Positions 29,821 through 32,000 of a stretch of DNA of 32,000 nucleotides are shown one piece after another. The translations under genes and the position numbers were made by a program. A model generated the notes under the pieces. The model searched no databases. It saw only the letters and a program-made list of their open reading frames with translations, and had not been told where the DNA came from. Origin of the DNA: Xanthomonas campestris pv. campestris str. ATCC 33913 (GTDB lineage Bacteria; Pseudomonadota; Gammaproteobacteria; Xanthomonadales; Xanthomonadaceae); contig NC_003902.1 of the NCBI RefSeq assembly GCF_000007145.1, positions 1 to 32,000 of the forward strand, written 5' to 3'. Within the stretch, counting starts at the first letter, position 1. The number at the start of each line of letters is the position of its first letter.

Positions 29821-30028
29821 TGGCGAGTTTAAGAGCGGCTGACAAAACGTCGCGAGCAGTCGTCAGGTGGATGCGGACGGCGCGGAGGAACCGGAGTGTA
29901 CGTCGGTACATGAGGATTCCGAGCACCGGCCGCGCCCGCCTGGCGGCTGCGCACTAGTTTTGATAGCTGCTCTAAATCGCAACGCACATCCCGCGCGGCC
30001 GCTGCGCGCAAGCGTTAGGCGGGAGCAA

Positions 30029-30475
30029 TCAATCGTTATCCACGCTCACCACGTGCCCATCTTCCGGGTCGACGTGCAGGTCTACCTTCTGCCCACCGCT
30101 TTGTTCGGCATCGGCCTTCCACAGGCCATCTTCGAACTTGAGGTCATGCACCTTGGAATAGCCCTTGGTGGAGAGCGCTGCACGAATGTCGGCCTCGCTC
30201 ATCTTGGAGGTAGTCTGGTCGCCATACACGCGGCCGGTCGTCGGGTCGATCCGCACATCCACATCCTTGCCGTCGCCGCTGCGCGCATCGGCCGTCCACA
30301 CGCCGTGCTCGAACTTGATGTCGTGCACCTTCGTGTAGCCCTTGGCCGTCAACATGCTGCTGACTTCGGCGGAAGTGAGTGCCTTTGCCGGCTTGGCGGC
30401 GTCCTGCGCAAACGCACCGTGTGCGGTGAGGGCAAGTGCGCCAACCAGCGCGATGGTCATCAAACGCTGTGCCAT
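30029..30475 (-). CDS. PepSY-domain periplasmic protein (two PepSY repeats)
   Basis: 148 aa. Signal peptide ..LTAHGAFA|QD. Two repeats: KGYTKVHDIKFEHGVWTADA...VDVRIDPTTGRV and KGYSKVHDLKFEDGLWKADA...VDLHVDPEDGHV. SD AGGAG. Confidence 0.8.
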   Translation of the reverse strand: MAQRLMTIALVGALALTAHGAFAQDAAKPAKALTSAEVSSMLTAKGYTKVHDIKFEHGVWTADARSGDGKDVDVRIDPTTGRVYGDQTTSKMSEADIRAALSTKGYSKVHDLKFEDGLWKADAEQSGGQKVDLHVDPEDGHVVSVDND

Positions 30476-30787
30476 GAGAGTGCTCCTAGCAGTGAAGTGC
30501 GTCCATGCTGGGCGTGGGCAGATCGCGGCGTGGTGAAAAAAACGACCTTATGTATTGCAAAAGTTCAGTTAGCTGACAACCGGGGAGCCTGTTCACCCGT
30601 GCTGCACGTAGCGTTTACACCTGCGAATGAGGTCGCTAAAAACGGTCGATACAGCCTAGCGCGGTCGTTGACCTCGAAAGCGCTCGATCGTGTGGGCGAG
30701 CAAGCAGAGAGCCGCTGTGCACCGGCGGCAATCGATTGCCACGACTGCCACGGCAGCCACGCGTACGTCATCGTCGCAATTCAGCAG

Positions 30788-30866
30788 AAAAATCTGCAGG
30801 AGCGCCCTGGGCGCGATGAAGCCCTACCGACCACGGTAACGCTCCATCGCGCCCAGGGGCGCTCCT
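30788..30866 (-). terminator. long hairpin terminator after the GH5 gene
   Basis: About 20-bp stem (30798-30818 / 30845-30866, one bulged G) with a 26-nt loop. On the minus strand T5 follows 5 nt after the stem. Starts 27 nt after the stop. Confidence 0.55.
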
Positions 30867-30892
30867 ACGAAAGGCGGGCATGCGACAACGTG

Positions 30893-31942
30893 TCAGCGTG
30901 TAGCGCGCGCGGCCTGCGGCGAGAGGATGACCATCTGCGGCTTGTCGGTGCCGTCCTTGTTCGGATGCACGTTGTAGGCGTAGCTGGTGTTCCACCATGC
31001 GCCCGCTGCCCACCATGTCCAGCCCAGCCAGACATCGGCGTAGTTTTCCATGTAGGCCAGCATGCCTTGCAGCGCGGTATTGCAGACGGCGTTGTTGGCG
31101 GTGCCGAACTCACCGAGAAAACCACGCTTGTTGTTGGTGCGTAGCCATTCGGTGAACGCACGCAGGCGATCGGCGCCGATGGTTTCACTGACGCAGACAC
31201 TTGAGGTGCCGCTGGAATCGGCATCCAGATATTGATGCACTTCGAACGCATAGCGATTGAGAGGGTCGCTGATCGATGCCAACGCGGTTGCATTGGAATA
31301 CCCATCGCTGGTCAGCGAGTGCCAGCTGTGTGCGCCGGTCCACAGCGCGCCCGGTACCAGGATCAGATTGTTGGCGCCGGTGGCACGGATCGCATCGATG
31401 CCTGCCTGCGCTGCACCGGCCCATTCGCTGGCAGAGATGTTGTTGGGCTCATTCATCAGCCCGAAGATCACGGCGTTATCGCTGTTGAAGATCACCGCCA
31501 GGCGCCGCCACAGATCGGCAAAGGTGGCGAGCGGCACTTCCGGCCCACCCATTTTATAACCGTAGTACTTGCTGTAGTTGTGGATATCCAGCACCAGATA
31601 CATGCCCGATGCCTTGGCGCGTGCCACCGCTTGCTGCACCAGTGCCAGCTGCGCCGGATCCAGCTCGCCGCGTGCGGCAGGTTGCAGACGTTCCCACAGG
31701 ATCGGCAGGCGAATCACGTTCATTCCAGTCCCAGCGAAATAGCTGTAATCGGTGCTGGCGGGATACATGTAGTCCTTGTTGAGGACGCCAGGTTTTTTCG
31801 ATGACGCAAATTCCGCACCCGCCAAATTGACGCCGGCGTACTTGAGTGCACGCGTTTGTGCATGGCCCATCGGCAGAACACCGAGCAGCAGGAAGAACAC
31901 CGCGCAGGACATTAGCCTGCGCAACCACAGAGAACACGACAT
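30893..31942 (-). CDS. glycoside hydrolase family 5 endoglucanase (cellulase)
   Basis: ORF 30893..31987. Start at ATG 31942 (MSCSLWLRRLMSCAVFFLLLGVLPMGHA|QT) with SD AGGAG. GH5 signatures YAGVNLAGAEF, IRLPILWERLQP, and GLMNEP with the acid/base Glu. Confidence 0.88.
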   Translation of the reverse strand: MSCSLWLRRLMSCAVFFLLLGVLPMGHAQTRALKYAGVNLAGAEFASSKKPGVLNKDYMYPASTDYSYFAGTGMNVIRLPILWERLQPAARGELDPAQLALVQQAVARAKASGMYLVLDIHNYSKYYGYKMGGPEVPLATFADLWRRLAVIFNSDNAVIFGLMNEPNNISASEWAGAAQAGIDAIRATGANNLILVPGALWTGAHSWHSLTSDGYSNATALASISDPLNRYAFEVHQYLDADSSGTSSVCVSETIGADRLRAFTEWLRTNNKRGFLGEFGTANNAVCNTALQGMLAYMENYADVWLGWTWWAAGAWWNTSYAYNVHPNKDGTDKPQMVILSPQAARATR

Positions 31943-32000
31943 GGAAACCACTCCTTCGACGACGGAAAAGATGCATCGCAGCCCCATGGCGTGCGATCGA

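Overview
High-GC (~65%) chromosomal replication-origin region. Gene order and protein sequences look like Xanthomonas (my recognition only, no database search). Order: dnaA, oriC, dnaN, 0.9-kb spacer, recF, gyrB, CPBP protease, M48 lipoprotein protease, TPR protein, tonB-exbB-exbD1-exbD2, 1.15-kb ORF-free spacer, pdxJ, small membrane protein, cls, radical-SAM protein, 2OG-Fe(II) oxygenase, FadL-type outer-membrane channel, rhomboid, DUF1820, 2-hydroxyacid dehydrogenase, 0.93-kb ORF-free spacer, ctpA, envC, secreted repeat protein, M28 peptidase, PepSY protein, GH5 cellulase. I saw no tRNA/rRNA, CRISPR array, transposase/integrase or recognisable defence island, so most of the window is ordinary core genome. 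Three things deserve a second look. (1) dnaN is bracketed by two inverted oriC-like modules. Each has a DnaA-box pair, a perfectly conserved 18-mer and an AT-rich tract. The rest of the dnaN-recF spacer reads like a decayed inverted copy of the 5' third of dnaN. (2) A family of degenerate ~40-110 nt repeats occurs only in the two long ORF-free spacers between convergent genes. (3) Smaller signals: a 14-bp palindrome GTTCCACGTGGAAC present three times around dnaN/recF, a candidate leaderless DUF1820 gene, a C10 tract upstream of the FadL-like gene, a (CCG)9 microsatellite in tonB, a near-identical 63-nt tract shared by exbD1 and exbD2, and a secreted 7x 'ETVNGSI' repeat protein. All identities and GC values are hand estimates. 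Nothing was checked against databases.
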